The notes: generated from the letters alone by a model not told the origin. A DNA stretch of 64,000 nt from an uncultured Chloroflexia bacterium (GCA_963726245.1 CAVSBT010000015.1:160001-224000), one strand, 5' to 3'; shown: positions 22,297-34,241, numbered from the stretch's first letter. A program made the numbers and translations.

Positions 22297-23869
22297 ATGT
22301 ATCGGAAAGGCGAGTCGAACAGGTTCAAGCTCCTTGCGGGCGTGTTTCTGTTGGCGGTGTTTCTGCTGCCACTGGCTGTGTCCTGCAACGGAGGGGAATC
22401 CACCAGTGCAACGCCAACGGCAACGGGAACGGACCTCCTCGTCGATCCAATCAAGCTGGACGCCGGATACGTTTCCGGGACGATGGTCGGCGATCTGGGA
22501 AAAGAGGTACGTGTCTATCGTGGGATCCCGTATGCTGCGCCACCTCTGGGGGACCTGCGGTGGAAGCCGCCGCAACCGGTTGCACCGTGGTCGGGCATAC
22601 GCGAGGCGACAGTCTTCAGCAGCATGTGCCCCCAGCAGAAGGCCAGTTGGGTCCCGGGGACCATCAGTGAGGATTGCCTCTACCTGAACGTGTTCACCCC
22701 GGCCAAGAAGACCAGCGAGCGGTTGCCGGTGATGGTCTGGTTCCACGGCGGCGGCTTTGCCGTCGGCTCGGCCAACCAGCTGCCGTACAGCTGGCCCGCT
22801 CTTCCCCAGCACGGTGTGGTCATGGTGGGTGTGAACCATCGACTTGGGCCTATGGGCCTGCTCGCTCTCCCTCAGCTCTCCAAGGAATCGCCCAACGGTG
22901 TGTCGGGCAACTACATGTTCCTCGACCTGATTGCCTCCTTGAAGTGGGTGCAGACCAACATCGAGGCCTTTGGCGGGGACCCGAACAACGTCACGATCTT
23001 CGGTGAGTCCGGCGGCGGCGGCAAGACCGACGCCCTGATGGCTTCGCCCCTGGCCACGGGACTTTTCCAGCACGCGATCCTCGAAAGCGGTGCCAACTCC
23101 GAGGGCGTCGGCATCCGGTCGGTGACGACCCTGAAGGACGCGGAGGCGCTGGGCGAACAACTGGTGGCCAAGCTCGGCATTCCGGAGAACGGGGACGTGC
23201 TGGCGGCGCTTCGTGCCACTCCCTATCAGCAGATCCTCGACGCGAGTGCCGAGATGAGCAAACAAGTGACGGCGTCGATGCCAGAGGCAGAGGGGGTTAG
23301 CGTCCTGGATAATCTGGTGGTAGACGGCTGGTTTATGCCGGATACGCCAACAAACGTGTTCAATGCTGGCAAGCAGAACGACGTCTCCCTGATAACGTGC
23401 ACAAACCTGGGGGAACTGACGGCCGAAAAGACTGTCATCCACCTGCCGTATCTGATCGGCGCGTACACGACCAGGTTGACCGCTGTCGGCAAGAGCGGCA
23501 ACAAAGGCTACGCCGCCCTGTTCACGTCAGGTGCCGAGCACATGGAAGAAAGAGGGCATCTTGGCCTTCCACGGGATTGAGCTAGCGTATGTCTTCGGCT
23601 TGCTGGCCGTACTCCCGAATCCCGTATTCTACAACGCATTTGCCCATCCTTCAGGCGCGGAAAGCCAGGACCCTGGGCTTACCGAAGACGACCAGCAGGT
23701 ATCTGAGGCAATGATGACCATGTGGGCCCAGTTCGCCAAGACTGGAGACCCGAACGTCGGAGGCCTCGTCGAGTGGCCGGGCTGGGATCCTAGTAACGAC
23801 CAGTACCTTGACATAAAGTGGCCGCTGGAGGTCAAGTCCGGCTATTCGAAGATCGTCCCGCAGCAATGA
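22297..23869 (+). CDS. type-B carboxylesterase lipoprotein; frameshift near 23530
   Basis: LAVSC lipobox, GIPYAAPP, EDCLYLNV, HGGGF, FGESGG, FHGIEL. Confidence 0.92.
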
Positions 23870-23974
23870 TGCGGGACGGGCAGAAGGTGAGGCGGCCGCT
23901 CTTTTGCTCGCCCGTTGTTGCTTTGCTATACTGCAGTCGAGGCCCGCTACGAGGCCTCGGATAGGTCAGCTAGG

Positions 23975-24766
23975 ATGCCGAAGACTCGCAAGCCTCCGAG
24001 GAGGCGGCGCACCAAACCGTATAACGCTGCCGACTGGACCACCGGTCGCGCCAAGGCGCGGTTCCCGTTCTCCCTCTTCAAGAACATTAAGTTGTTTTAC
24101 ATACTCGGGGGGCTGATCATGGTCGGCAGCGTGGGAATAGGCGCGTTTGGGGTGGGCAGGTCGAGTAGCAAGACCGTCCAGACCGCGACGCCTCAATCGA
24201 CCGCCGAAGGCACGGTGACACCGGAGGCAACGGCGGTGGGGACGCCGACGCCGGCGGCGCAGCGCTACAGCGGCCCACCCGCCATGACCATCGATCCCAC
24301 CAAGAGCTACTCCGCGGTCATCCACACCGACAAGGGCGACATCACGGTGCAGCTCTTCGCTCAGCAGGCTCCGCAAACGGTCAACGACTTCGTCTTCCTG
24401 GCCAAAGACGGCTTCTACAACGGGCTCACCTTCTTCTGGGTGAAGCCGGGCTTCGTGGCGCAGACGGGTGACCCGGAGAACACCGGCCATGGCGGCCCCG
24501 GCTACACCATTCCCGACGAGAACAGCGGAGAGCCTTTCGTGGCCGGCACCGTCGGCATGGCCAAGAAGAGCGACGAAGCCAATTCTGCCGGCAGCCAGTT
24601 CTTCATCACATTGAGTGACCAGACCCAGCTCAACGGCGAGTTCACGTCCTTTGGGAAAGTGGTGGCGGGCATGGACGTGCTGCTGTCGCTCACTCCCAGA
24701 GATCCTCCCGGCGCCGACCTGCCTCCTGGCGACAAGGTCCTGAGCATCGACATCCTGGGGGGCTAG
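23975..24766 (+). CDS. membrane-anchored cyclophilin-type peptidyl-prolyl isomerase
   Basis: TM helix, PT linker, APQTVNDF, QTGDP, GGPGY, AGSQFFI, FGKVVAGM. Confidence 0.9.
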   Translation: MPKTRKPPRRRRTKPYNAADWTTGRAKARFPFSLFKNIKLFYILGGLIMVGSVGIGAFGVGRSSSKTVQTATPQSTAEGTVTPEATAVGTPTPAAQRYSGPPAMTIDPTKSYSAVIHTDKGDITVQLFAQQAPQTVNDFVFLAKDGFYNGLTFFWVKPGFVAQTGDPENTGHGGPGYTIPDENSGEPFVAGTVGMAKKSDEANSAGSQFFITLSDQTQLNGEFTSFGKVVAGMDVLLSLTPRDPPGADLPPGDKVLSIDILGG

Positions 24767-24786
24767 GGAGAATAGAAAGGAATCGC

Positions 24787-24816
24787 AGGAGCCGGCCCAC
24801 GTGGGCCGGCTCCTTC
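24787..24816. terminator. hairpin terminator between convergent genes
   Basis: aggagccggcccacgtgggccggctcctt. Confidence 0.7.
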
Positions 24817-24844
24817 ATTGTGTGCTGATCGAGGCCGCCTTCGC

Positions 24845-25828
24845 TCAGGGGCGGCTGGCCGGGTCGCCGCCCGGGGCCTCAGGCAGAGCCTCGGACAGCG
24901 TGTCCAGCAAGAGGCGGGCGGCGATGCGGGCCGTGGCCCCGGAGAAGTCGTAGACGGGGTTGACCTCGGTTACGTCGAATCCCACCAGCCGGCAGCGCTC
25001 CGCGATCACGGAGACGGCGTCCCGCAACTGGTAGAAGCTGAGGCCGCCTGGCTCCGGATAGCCCGTGCCGGAGGCCAGGGCCGGATCCATCACGTCGATG
25101 TCGATGCTGACGTAGCAGTCGGTCTCGATCTTCACCTCGGCCAGCGCTCGTTCCGCGCCCTCGCGGACAAGGCGCTCCGCGGGAACGATCTGGATGCCGC
25201 GGGCCAGAGCCGCCTGCCAGGGCTCGATCTGGGCCATGAGCTCCCGGATGCCGATCTGGACGATATGGCGCACGTGGGGCAGCTCGCTGGTGCGGCGCAT
25301 GTGGTTGTCGTGGGAGAAGCGCACCCCGAACTTCTCGTCGGTGTAGTCCTGGTGGGCGTCGAACTGGACCACGGTCAGAGGCCGGTCGTCGAAGGCGCGG
25401 ACGATTGGGAAGGTGATGGCGTGGTCTCCTCCCACGAAGACAGGAAAGGCGCCCGAGGCCCGCACCAGGCGAGCGGCCTCGGTGATGATCTGGAAGTTCT
25501 CCGTCAGGTCGACAGTGCGCACGTCAACGTCGCCCACGTCCAGCATGCTGACGCCACGCAGCATGTGAAGTCCGCGCTCAGGGTCGAACCAGCCGGCGCC
25601 ATGGGCGGTTTGGAAGCGCATGGAGGCGTCGCGGATGGCGGCCGGACCGAAGCGGGCGCCGGGCCGGTCGTTGGTGGCGCCGTCGAAGGGCACCCCCAGG
25701 AAGGCAACGTCCGCCTTCAGCGCCGACAGGTCCTCCAGAACCGGGGAGCCGAAGAACGAGGCCGCCCCGTGGCGGATGACGCCGCCGCCGCCGCGGGGGA
25801 TGGCGTCGGTGGAAGGTTTTCGAATCAC
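24845..25828 (-). CDS. agmatinase / ureohydrolase family protein
   Basis: GVPFD, RPGARFGP, GGDHAI, FDAHQD, SIDIDVMDP, GTGYPEPGG; start uncertain. Confidence 0.9.
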   Translation of the reverse strand: MIRKPSTDAIPRGGGGVIRHGAASFFGSPVLEDLSALKADVAFLGVPFDGATNDRPGARFGPAAIRDASMRFQTAHGAGWFDPERGLHMLRGVSMLDVGDVDVRTVDLTENFQIITEAARLVRASGAFPVFVGGDHAITFPIVRAFDDRPLTVVQFDAHQDYTDEKFGVRFSHDNHMRRTSELPHVRHIVQIGIRELMAQIEPWQAALARGIQIVPAERLVREGAERALAEVKIETDCYVSIDIDVMDPALASGTGYPEPGGLSFYQLRDAVSVIAERCRLVGFDVTEVNPVYDFSGATARIAARLLLDTLSEALPEAPGGDPASRP

Positions 25829-25982
25829 GACGGTAGAAGTCCTCTCGGATACATTATCGGCCTTTTCGTCTCGACTGGGGTAGGGCAGGTGAGGATGGCC
25901 TGGGCCGGGTGAGGTGAAAAGGCCGCGGGCCGCTGTAAGCGGCCCGCGGTCGGGCATCCATAGTGTTGGGGGCTCAGCGGGG

Positions 25983-27471
25983 CTACGCGTCGACGTCTAT
26001 CTGCGCCTTCTGGAGCTTGCCGCTGTAGTCCACGAAGACCGTCTTCCACTCCGTGTATGTGTCCAGGGCGGCCTGGCCGGCCTCGCGGTGCCCGTTGCCC
26101 GTGCCTCTCGTGCCGCCGAAGGGCAGGTGCACCTCGGCGCCGATGGTACCGGCGTTGACGTAGAGCAGGCCGGTGGTGATCCCCTCGATGGCGCGGAATG
26201 TCTGGTTGACACTACGGGTGTAGATGGAGGTGGAGAGGCCAAAGGGCACGTCATTGTTGACGTCGATAGCCTCTTCCAGGCTGTCGACGGCGATGACGGC
26301 GGTGACGGGCCCGAAGATCTCCTCCTGCGCCACCCGCATGTTCCGCTTCACCTCGGTGAAAACGGTTGGCCGGAAGAAGAAGCCCTTCGCCAGCGGGCCG
26401 GCGTTGGCGACGCTGCCGCCGCAGGCGATGGTGGCGCCCTCCTTGCGGGCTACCTCCATGTAGCCATCGATCTTCATTAGCTGCTCCTGGTTGACGACCG
26501 GGCCCACGTCGGTGCCCTCTTCGAGGCCGTGGCCCAGGCGCAGGGCTTCCGTGCGGGGGATGAGCCGCTTGGTGAGCTCCGCCAGGATGCCACGCTGGAC
26601 GATGATCCGGCTGGCCGCGGTGCAACGCTGGCCGCTGGTGCCGAAGGCGCTCCAGATGATGCCGTCCAGGGCGAGGCCGAGGTCGGCGTCGTCCATGACG
26701 ATGATGGCGTTCTTGCCGCCCATCTCCAGGTGAAGGCGCTTGCCGAGCCGGGCTGCCTGCAGGGCAATGCCCTTTCCCACCTCGTTGGAGCCGGTGAAGG
26801 AGACAAGGTCGATACTGGGGTGCTCCACCAGCGGCGTCCCGGCCTCGCCACCGCTGCCGAAGACTACGTTCAGCACGCCCGGCGGCAGGCCGGCCTCCTC
26901 CAGCGTCTTGGCCAGGTTCCAGGCGCTCTTCGGGCGTATCGCTGGCCGGCTTGAAGACCACGGTGTTGCCGCCGATGAGGGCGGGCATGATCTTCCAGGC
27001 CGGGATGGCCATGGGGAAGTTCCAGGGTGTGATGGCGGCCACCACCCCTATCGGCTGGCGCACGCACATGGCGAACTTGTCAGGCAGCTCGGAGGGAGTG
27101 GTCTGCCCAAAGCAGCGTCGACCCTCGCCGCCCATGTAGTAGGTCATGTCGATGGCTTCCTGGACGTCGCCGCGGGTCTCCTTCAGGACCTTCCCCATCT
27201 CCGGCGTCATCTCGCGGGCGAACTCCTCCTTGCGCTGGACGAGGATCTCACCGGCACGAAAGAGGATCTCGCCGCGGCGAGGCCCCGGCATGGCCCGCCA
27301 GGCGTCGAACGCCTTGCAGGCGGCGTCCACGGCTTCGTTCACGTCCTCCGCGCCCGAGCGGGGGAATACTCCGAGCACCTCACCCGAAGCGGGGTCGATG
27401 TTCTCTCGGGTACCGCCGCTCCGGGCCGGCACCCAGCGGCCGCCGATCCAGTTCTGGTAGGTAGTCACCAT
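25983..27471 (-). CDS. aldehyde dehydrogenase; frameshift near 26930
   Basis: ITPWNFP, FTGS, LEMGGKN, GQRCTA, EEIFGP. Confidence 0.93.
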
Positions 27472-27850
27472 GTCGAAGATACCTCCTGGCGTGAAAAGCC
27501 ACGTAGTATTTGGCCCCCATGATACCATCTCGGGGCGTTACAGCCCGCGATTCCCCGCTGAGGCCACCGACGGGTATTGAAGGTAAGGCCATTCTTGCAT
27601 ACACTTCACCGCTGGAACCATTGAGTCGACCTTCGGACCTAGGGCGGACCAACCGACCAAACCCGCGGCGACCTGGCCTAGCCCAGTAGTGCCAGATGGT
27701 GCATAATGGCACCCGTGGCTTCCCCAGGCCGGAGTTCTGCCCGGGGAGGTCGCGCCAACCAACTCAAAGGCTCCTATTGGCTTGCCGGTGGCGGGATCCG
27801 TTGAAGAGTGCCCCGAGCCTGATCGGAAAGGCTGAGGAACTGGAACAGCC

Positions 27851-28731
27851 GTGAGCGAGTTCATCCAGCAGGTAGCTATCGGGCTGGCCACGGGCAGCAT
27901 CTACGCGCTCATGGCGCTCGCCATCGTCCTCATCTACCGCTCCACAGAGATCGTGAACTTCGCTCAGGGCGAGATGGCGATGCTGAGTACGTTCATCGCC
28001 TGGAGCTTCCTGAATCAGTTCGGCTACTGGCAGGCCTTCTTCTTTGGCATCATAGCGGCGGCGATTCTCGGCGGCGCTCTGGAACGGGTACTGCTGCGGC
28101 CGGTGGAGGAGGGGCCTGTCCTCAACCCTGTGATCCTGACCATTGGGCTGTTCACGGTGCTCAACAGCGTCGCGCTCTGGCTCTACGGCGGCGACCCGAA
28201 GCCCTTCCCGACCGCGCCTCCGTTTCGAGGCAGTGCGCTGGAGATCGGTCCGGTGATAATCAGCAGGGCGAACGTGGGCGTCTTCTGCACGGCCGTCATC
28301 CTCATGGTGATCCTGTACGGCCTGTTCAATTTCACCAAGATAGGATTGGCCATGCGGGGCACCGCTATCAACCGCACGGCCGCGCGCCTGGTGGGCATCC
28401 GGGCAGGACAGATGCTTACCTTGGGATGGGCGCTGTCGGCGGCGGTAGGGGCAATAGCGGGCATGCTGGCGGCGCCGGTGCTGGCGCTCTCCACCAACAT
28501 GATGCTGGCGGTGATTCTTTTCGCCTTCGCCGGAGCAGTTCTTGGAGGGTTGACTAGTCCCATGGGCGCCATCCTGGGCGGGCTCATGCTCGGCGTGATC
28601 CAGAACCTTGCCGCCACCTACAACCCACAAAGTCGTCCATTGATCTGCCTGTGGCTTTCATAGTCATAATCGCCGTGCTGATGGTCAAACCCACGGGTCT
28701 GCTGGGCAAGCGGACGGTGAGGAGGGTTTAG
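27851..28731 (+). CDS. branched-chain-amino-acid-type ABC permease (LivH-like); frameshift near 28640
   Basis: GSIYALMA, IVNFAQGE, AVLGGL, KPTGLLG. Confidence 0.9.
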
Positions 28732-29931
28732 GTGACCAGAACTCTCCCGCCAGCGCGGGTAGTCTGGCTGGTCCTGCTGGGTGTCCTTCTGTTTGTCTTC
28801 CCCTACCTTCACAGCGTGCTGGGCTTCATGAGCGGGTGGCCGATCATAGGCTGGGTCTTGGTGCCTTTCCGGGTCTTCCAGGCCATGCGGTTCGGAGTCT
28901 GGCTCATCGTCCTGATGGGACTCAATCTGCTGACCGGGTACAACGGCCAGATCTCCCTCGGGTATGCCGCGTTTGTGGCGGTTGGCGCCTACGTTGCGGC
29001 GATTCTCATGACCCAGTACGGGGTACACGTCATACTCGCAGTGGTAGCGGCAGGCGCATTCACGGGCGTCGTCGGCTTTCTGGTGGGGGCGCCCGCGCTG
29101 CGGCTCAGCGGCCCCTACCTTGCTATCGCCACCCTCGCCCTGGTCATAGCCTTTCCTCAGGTGGTGAAGCATGACCTTGTGGCCGACTGGACGCACGCTT
29201 CTCAGGGCATCAACTTCTATGAGGCCGGGACTCCACCGCTTCCACCTGGAGTTCTGGAGGGCCGGGTCGACAACAACCAGTGGCTGTACTACTGTGCGAT
29301 GGTCCCCGCCGTCATCATGACGGTACTGGCCTGGAACCTGACGCGGAGCCGTATCGGGCGCGCCTTCCTGGCGGTGCGGGACACTGAGTTGGGCGCCGGA
29401 CAGATGGGCGTAAACGTGTCGCTATACAAGATGACGGCGTTCGGGATCAGCTCATTCTATGCGGGGATCGGCGGCGCCCTGTTCGTCTTCACGGAGGCGG
29501 TACTCGGTCCCTCCACTTTCGACGTCAACATATCTATCACTATGCTTGTCATGGTCGTACTGGGTGGCCTCGCCTCTATCATGGGGAGCATCTTTGCGGC
29601 GTTGATCATGGCGTTGCGTGTGGAGTTTGTGAATGCGATTGTGGGTGTCGTTCCGCGGGGTCAGGAGATCCGTATCGATGCCCTGCGGGGGGCCATATAC
29701 GGAGGCCTGCTCGTAATCGCCGTCATTACGGGGCCGTGGGGGCTGGCCGGCGCCATCCGGAGGCTTCCCCTGGCAAAAGAACGTTTGATGGCGGGCAAGT
29801 TCCGCTTTCCCAGTGTGAGCGGGATGATACGTCCCGCAGTGCGGCCGTTTCTGCTCCGCGGTTCGCGCGGCGCGAAGCCGGCCGATCCTAGCCGCCAGGA
29901 TGGCACGGAGGCTCAAGACGAGCCGCACTAA
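28732..29931 (+). CDS. ABC permease (LivM-like)
   Basis: GLNLLTGYNGQISLG, PALRLSGPYLAIATLA, VVLGG. Confidence 0.9.
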   Translation: MTRTLPPARVVWLVLLGVLLFVFPYLHSVLGFMSGWPIIGWVLVPFRVFQAMRFGVWLIVLMGLNLLTGYNGQISLGYAAFVAVGAYVAAILMTQYGVHVILAVVAAGAFTGVVGFLVGAPALRLSGPYLAIATLALVIAFPQVVKHDLVADWTHASQGINFYEAGTPPLPPGVLEGRVDNNQWLYYCAMVPAVIMTVLAWNLTRSRIGRAFLAVRDTELGAGQMGVNVSLYKMTAFGISSFYAGIGGALFVFTEAVLGPSTFDVNISITMLVMVVLGGLASIMGSIFAALIMALRVEFVNAIVGVVPRGQEIRIDALRGAIYGGLLVIAVITGPWGLAGAIRRLPLAKERLMAGKFRFPSVSGMIRPAVRPFLLRGSRGAKPADPSRQDGTEAQDEPH

Positions 29932-30013
29932 AAGGGGGGTGATAGGCATCGCCTATAGCCAGCGATCTGAAGTCGGAACGAGGCCAAGGCTATTAGTACA
30001 AGGGAGAGATAAT

Positions 30014-31330
30014 ATGGCGCGAATTCGTATCGGGCGATGGGCGTGGGTGCTGGTCGTCGCGTTGGCTGCCGTGCTGGCGATGTCGGCCTGCGGTGGAGAC
30101 AACAACGAGGAAAAGACGCCGACGGCGGGGACACCACAGGCGACGGGGGCGCCCGCCTACACCCCCGGCCCAGGACAGACCAATGGGGTGACCGATACAG
30201 AGATCCTCCTGGGGGGTCACCTGCCCCTGAGCGGGTTCGCCGCGGCCTGGGGGGTCAACCTCAAGGCCGGGATGGATGCCTGGGTCGCCTACGTCAACGA
30301 CAATGGGGGCGTGAACGGTCGTAAGATCAAGCTGATCATCGAAGACGACCAGTACACCGGGCCGCTTGCCTCGGAGGTAGTGCGGAAGCTGGTGGAGCAG
30401 GACAAGGTCTTCGCCATCGTGGGAGGCCTGGGCACGGTTCCGGACACCGCCGTCTACAAGTACTTGGAGGCCAACGGCGTCCCCGACATGTGGCTCCTTG
30501 CCGGTCTGTCGAAGCTTACTGACCCCGCCGTCAAGACCCGCTTTAGCTATCTGGTGGACTACACTGACGAAGGCAGGATCCTGGGCGAGTACATAGCGAA
30601 GAACTACCCGGGGAAGAAGGTAGGGATAATCGAGCAGAACGACGAGTTCGGGCAGGAGGGTGAGAAGGGCATTCGCGAGGGTGTCGCGAGCGCGAACAAT
30701 GAAGTCGTCGTTGAGATGTTCGAGACGACCGAGAGCGATCTTTCCGCGCAGGTGCAGCGGCTGAAGAACCAGAATGTCGATGTCATGGCCATCTACGGTG
30801 AGCCCATTCAGGCAACGAGCGCGATCAGGAATGCGCACGAGACCCTCAACTGGAAGGTGCCCGTCGTGATCACCGGCGTGGACGCCGTTGAAATCGTGGG
30901 GGCGCTCGCTGGCTACGCCAACATCGAGGGTACCGTCAGTGTGGTCTTTGGCCATCAGGCCTATGAGGCGGACTGGCCGGGCATTGCCACGTACCGCGAC
31001 GTCCTGGCCAAGTATGCGAGTGGAAAGACGCCCGAGAACCTCACCCTGACGGGCGCTTCCATCATCGACTTCACGGTGAAGGTCCTAACGGACGCCGGCC
31101 CGGACCTCACCCGCGACAGCTTCCTCAAGGCCGCCGAGTCTCTCTGCGGCTACGAGAGCTTTGCTTCTTTCAAGGGAGCGGGAGTGAAGCTGAGCGCCAC
31201 CGACCACCGCCCCATCGAGGCGGAGCAATACGTGAAGGCGACGATGGACAATACCCAGAACCCGCCGCTCTTCAAGTGGCAGGCGATCGGCGAGCCAATC
31301 AGCTTCGAGAGCACGCCGAACTGCAAATAG
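30014..31330 (+). CDS. ABC substrate-binding lipoprotein 1 (LivK/PBP type 1)
   Basis: SAC lipobox, GVTDTEI, NGGVNGRKI, KLVEQDKVFA. Confidence 0.9.
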   Translation: MARIRIGRWAWVLVVALAAVLAMSACGGDNNEEKTPTAGTPQATGAPAYTPGPGQTNGVTDTEILLGGHLPLSGFAAAWGVNLKAGMDAWVAYVNDNGGVNGRKIKLIIEDDQYTGPLASEVVRKLVEQDKVFAIVGGLGTVPDTAVYKYLEANGVPDMWLLAGLSKLTDPAVKTRFSYLVDYTDEGRILGEYIAKNYPGKKVGIIEQNDEFGQEGEKGIREGVASANNEVVVEMFETTESDLSAQVQRLKNQNVDVMAIYGEPIQATSAIRNAHETLNWKVPVVITGVDAVEIVGALAGYANIEGTVSVVFGHQAYEADWPGIATYRDVLAKYASGKTPENLTLTGASIIDFTVKVLTDAGPDLTRDSFLKAAESLCGYESFASFKGAGVKLSATDHRPIEAEQYVKATMDNTQNPPLFKWQAIGEPISFESTPNCK

Positions 31331-31349
31331 GTTCAGTGGCTGAGCATAG

Positions 31350-31382
31350 AGAGGGGGCCGGTTCTCGCACCGGCCCCCTCTT
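31350..31382 (+). terminator. hairpin after binding protein 1
   Basis: agagggggccggt..accggccccctctt; similar hairpin at 34051. Confidence 0.65.
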
Positions 31383-31411
31383 GCGCTGCTAGAGCAGCAA
31401 TAGGGGGTGCC

Positions 31412-32708
31412 ATGGCGCGAATTCGTGTCGGGCGACGGGTATGGCTGCTGGTTCCGGCCCTGCTGGCTGCTGCGCTGGTCATATCTGGCTGCGACGGAGG
31501 ATGGAGGAGGCGAAAGGGACACCCGCAGGCGACAGGGACTCCTGGGGGGCAACGTCCCCGGAGTCACCGACACGGAGGTTATCCTCGGGTCTCACCTGCC
31601 ACTGAGCGGCTACGCGGCCGCCTGGGGCGTCGACATCAAGGCGGGGATGGACGCCTACTTCGCCTACGTCAACGACAACGGGGGCGTCCACGGCCGCAAG
31701 ATCAGGCTGATAGTCGGAGACGACCAGTACACGGGTCCCCTGGCCTCTGAGGTGGTCCGGAAGCTGGTCGAGCAGGACAAGGTCTTCGCCATCATGGGAG
31801 GCCTGGGCTCCGCCGCTCACAGCGCCGTCTGGAAGTACCTGGAAGCTAACGGCGTCCCCGACATGTTCATTCTCACCGGCGACTCGAAGTGGACGGTCCC
31901 GGTGGTGAAGACCCGCTTCGCCTGGCTGGTGGACTACATCACCGAGGGCAAGATCCTCGGAGAGTACATCGCTCAGAACTTCGCAGGCAAGAAGCTGGGT
32001 ATCATCGCCCAGAACGATGAGTTCGGCTCGGAGGGTGAGGAGGGACTCCGCGAGGGTGTCAAGGACGCCAACATGGACATCGTCGTTGAGACTTACGAGG
32101 AGACCCAGAACGACCTCGTCGGCCAGGTGCAGCGGTTGAAGAACGAGAACGTGGACGTCATCGCTGCTTATGCCATGCCCATTCAGGTGGCCAGCGCGAT
32201 CAAAGGTGCGCACGAGACGCTGGGCTGGAACGTGCCCATCGTGATCACCGGCGTCGACGCCGTCGAAGTCGTGGGCGCGCTCGCCGGCCCGGACAACATC
32301 GAGGGTACGGTCAGCGTGGTCTATGGCCATCAGGCCTTTGAGAAAGACAATGCAGGCGTGGCCAACCACTGGGACATCATGGCAAAGTATGCGCCGGGGG
32401 TGAAGCCTACCAACCTCACCCTGACGGGTGCCTCCATCGCCGAGGGCATGACGAACATCCTGCGAAACGCCGGCCGGGATCTCACCCGCGAGAAGTTCCT
32501 CGATGCAGCCGAGTCAACCTGCAAGTGGGAGGCCCCTGCAGGCCTCGCCCCATCGAGCATGAGCCCGACCGACCATCGCCCCATCGAGGTGGAGGAGTAC
32601 GTGCGGGCGACAACGGACAAGTCGACAAACCCGCCGGCGTTCGCGTGGAAGCCGTTCGGCGACCTTATCAACTTCGAGAGCACTAAGGATTGCACCGCGC
32701 CGCAATAG
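31412..32708 (+). CDS. ABC substrate-binding lipoprotein 2; frameshift after the signal peptide
   Basis: MARIRVG..SGC, then a body paralogous to proteins 1 and 3. Confidence 0.88.
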
Positions 32709-32741
32709 AGAGGGGCGATCGAGCCAGTGCAGGGGGGTGCC

Positions 32742-34028
32742 ATGGCGCGAATTCGTGTCGGGCGGTGGCTAATGGTCTTGGTCCCGCTGCTGGCGGCCGT
32801 GCTGGCGATGCCGGCCTGCGGCGGAGGCGGAGGGGGCAATGGAGGTGGTGAGGAGACACCGCGGGCAACAAACGTCCCAGGAGTCACCGATACAGAGATC
32901 CTCCTCGGTTCTCATCTGCCTCTGAGCGGGTACGCCGCCGCGTGGGGAGTCGACATCAAGGCAGGGATGGATGCCTACTTCGCCTATGTGAACGACCAGG
33001 GAGGCGTGAACGGCCGCAAGATCAGGCTCATCGTCTATGACGATGCGTACAGCGGGCCCCTGGCGGCTGAGGTGGTGCGGAAGCTGGTGGAGCAGGACAA
33101 GGTCTTCGCCATCATGGGAGGCCTGGGCTCGGCGGCGCACAGCGGGGTCTGGAAGTACCTGGAAGCCAACGGCGTCCCCGACATGTTCATCCTCGCCGGC
33201 GACTCGAAGTGGACCGACCCGGTAGTGAAGACGCGCTTTGCCGGCCTGGTGGACTACACCGACGAGGGTAGGATCCTGGGCCAGTACATCGCGGACAACT
33301 TTCCGGGCAAGAAGCTGGGCATCATCGCCCAGAACGATGAGTTCGGGCAGGAGGGCGAGAAGGGCGTTCGCGAGGGTGTCAAGGACGCCGGCATGCAGAT
33401 CGTCACTGAGTACTACGAGGAGTCGCAGGGCGATCTTATTGCCCAGGTGCAGCGGCTGAAGAACGAGAACGTGGACGTGATCGCCGCCTACACGATGCCC
33501 ATTCAGGCAGCGAGCGTGATCAAGGGCGCGCACGAGACCCTGAACTGGAACGTGCCCGTCGTGGTTACCGGCGTCAACGCCGTTGAGGTCGTGGCCGTGC
33601 TCGCCGGCATGGACAACATCGAGGGCACAGTCAGCGTGGTCCCTGGTCATCAGATCTTCGAGAAGGACGTGCCGGATATCGCCAGGCACTGGGAGATCAT
33701 GGCCAAGTACGCGCCGTCAGTGAAGCCCACCAACCTGACGCTGGTGGGCGCCACCATCGCCGCGGGCATGACGAACTTTCTGCAGGACGCCGGCCCGGAC
33801 CTCACCCGCGAGAAGTTCCTTGATGCGGCCGAGTCTATGTGCGATTACATGACCACCGGCGCTTACGCGCCGTCAAGCATGAGCCCTACCGACCATCGCC
33901 CCATTGAGGTGGAGATGTATGTGCGGGCCACCGTGGACCGCTCCACGGACCCGCCGTCCTTCCGCTGGCAGCCCTTCGGCGAGCCTCACGGCTTCGAGAC
34001 CACGAAGGAGTGCTCTAAGAAGGAATAG
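32742..34028 (+). CDS. ABC substrate-binding lipoprotein 3
   Basis: MARIRVG..PAC lipobox; paralogous body. Confidence 0.9.
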   Translation: MARIRVGRWLMVLVPLLAAVLAMPACGGGGGGNGGGEETPRATNVPGVTDTEILLGSHLPLSGYAAAWGVDIKAGMDAYFAYVNDQGGVNGRKIRLIVYDDAYSGPLAAEVVRKLVEQDKVFAIMGGLGSAAHSGVWKYLEANGVPDMFILAGDSKWTDPVVKTRFAGLVDYTDEGRILGQYIADNFPGKKLGIIAQNDEFGQEGEKGVREGVKDAGMQIVTEYYEESQGDLIAQVQRLKNENVDVIAAYTMPIQAASVIKGAHETLNWNVPVVVTGVNAVEVVAVLAGMDNIEGTVSVVPGHQIFEKDVPDIARHWEIMAKYAPSVKPTNLTLVGATIAAGMTNFLQDAGPDLTREKFLDAAESMCDYMTTGAYAPSSMSPTDHRPIEVEMYVRATVDRSTDPPSFRWQPFGEPHGFETTKECSKKE

Positions 34029-34050
34029 AGGGGGTAGGTTGCAGTTGTCA

Positions 34051-34080
34051 GAAGGGGCCGGTCGAAGCACCGGCCCCTTC
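34051..34080. terminator. hairpin between the ABC operon and tRNA-Pro
   Basis: gaaggggccggtcgaagcaccggccccttc. Confidence 0.65.
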
Positions 34081-34100
34081 CATCTGCGCGCTCTTCACGG

Positions 34101-34178
34101 TGGTCGGGGTGGGCCGACTTGAACGGCCGACCTCCTGGTCCCAAACCAGGCGCTCTAGCCAGACTGAGCTACACCCCG
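34101..34178 (-). tRNA. tRNA-Pro(TGG)
   Basis: CGGGGTGTAGCTCAG...cctgg-ttTGGga-ccagg...GTTCAAG...CCA; TTGACG-17-TAGGCT promoter upstream. Confidence 0.96.
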
Positions 34179-34241
34179 ATCGCTCCTAGCCTATAGGCAG
34201 CATAGGGCGCCGTCAACAGCGCCCCGCCGTTTCACCCACCC

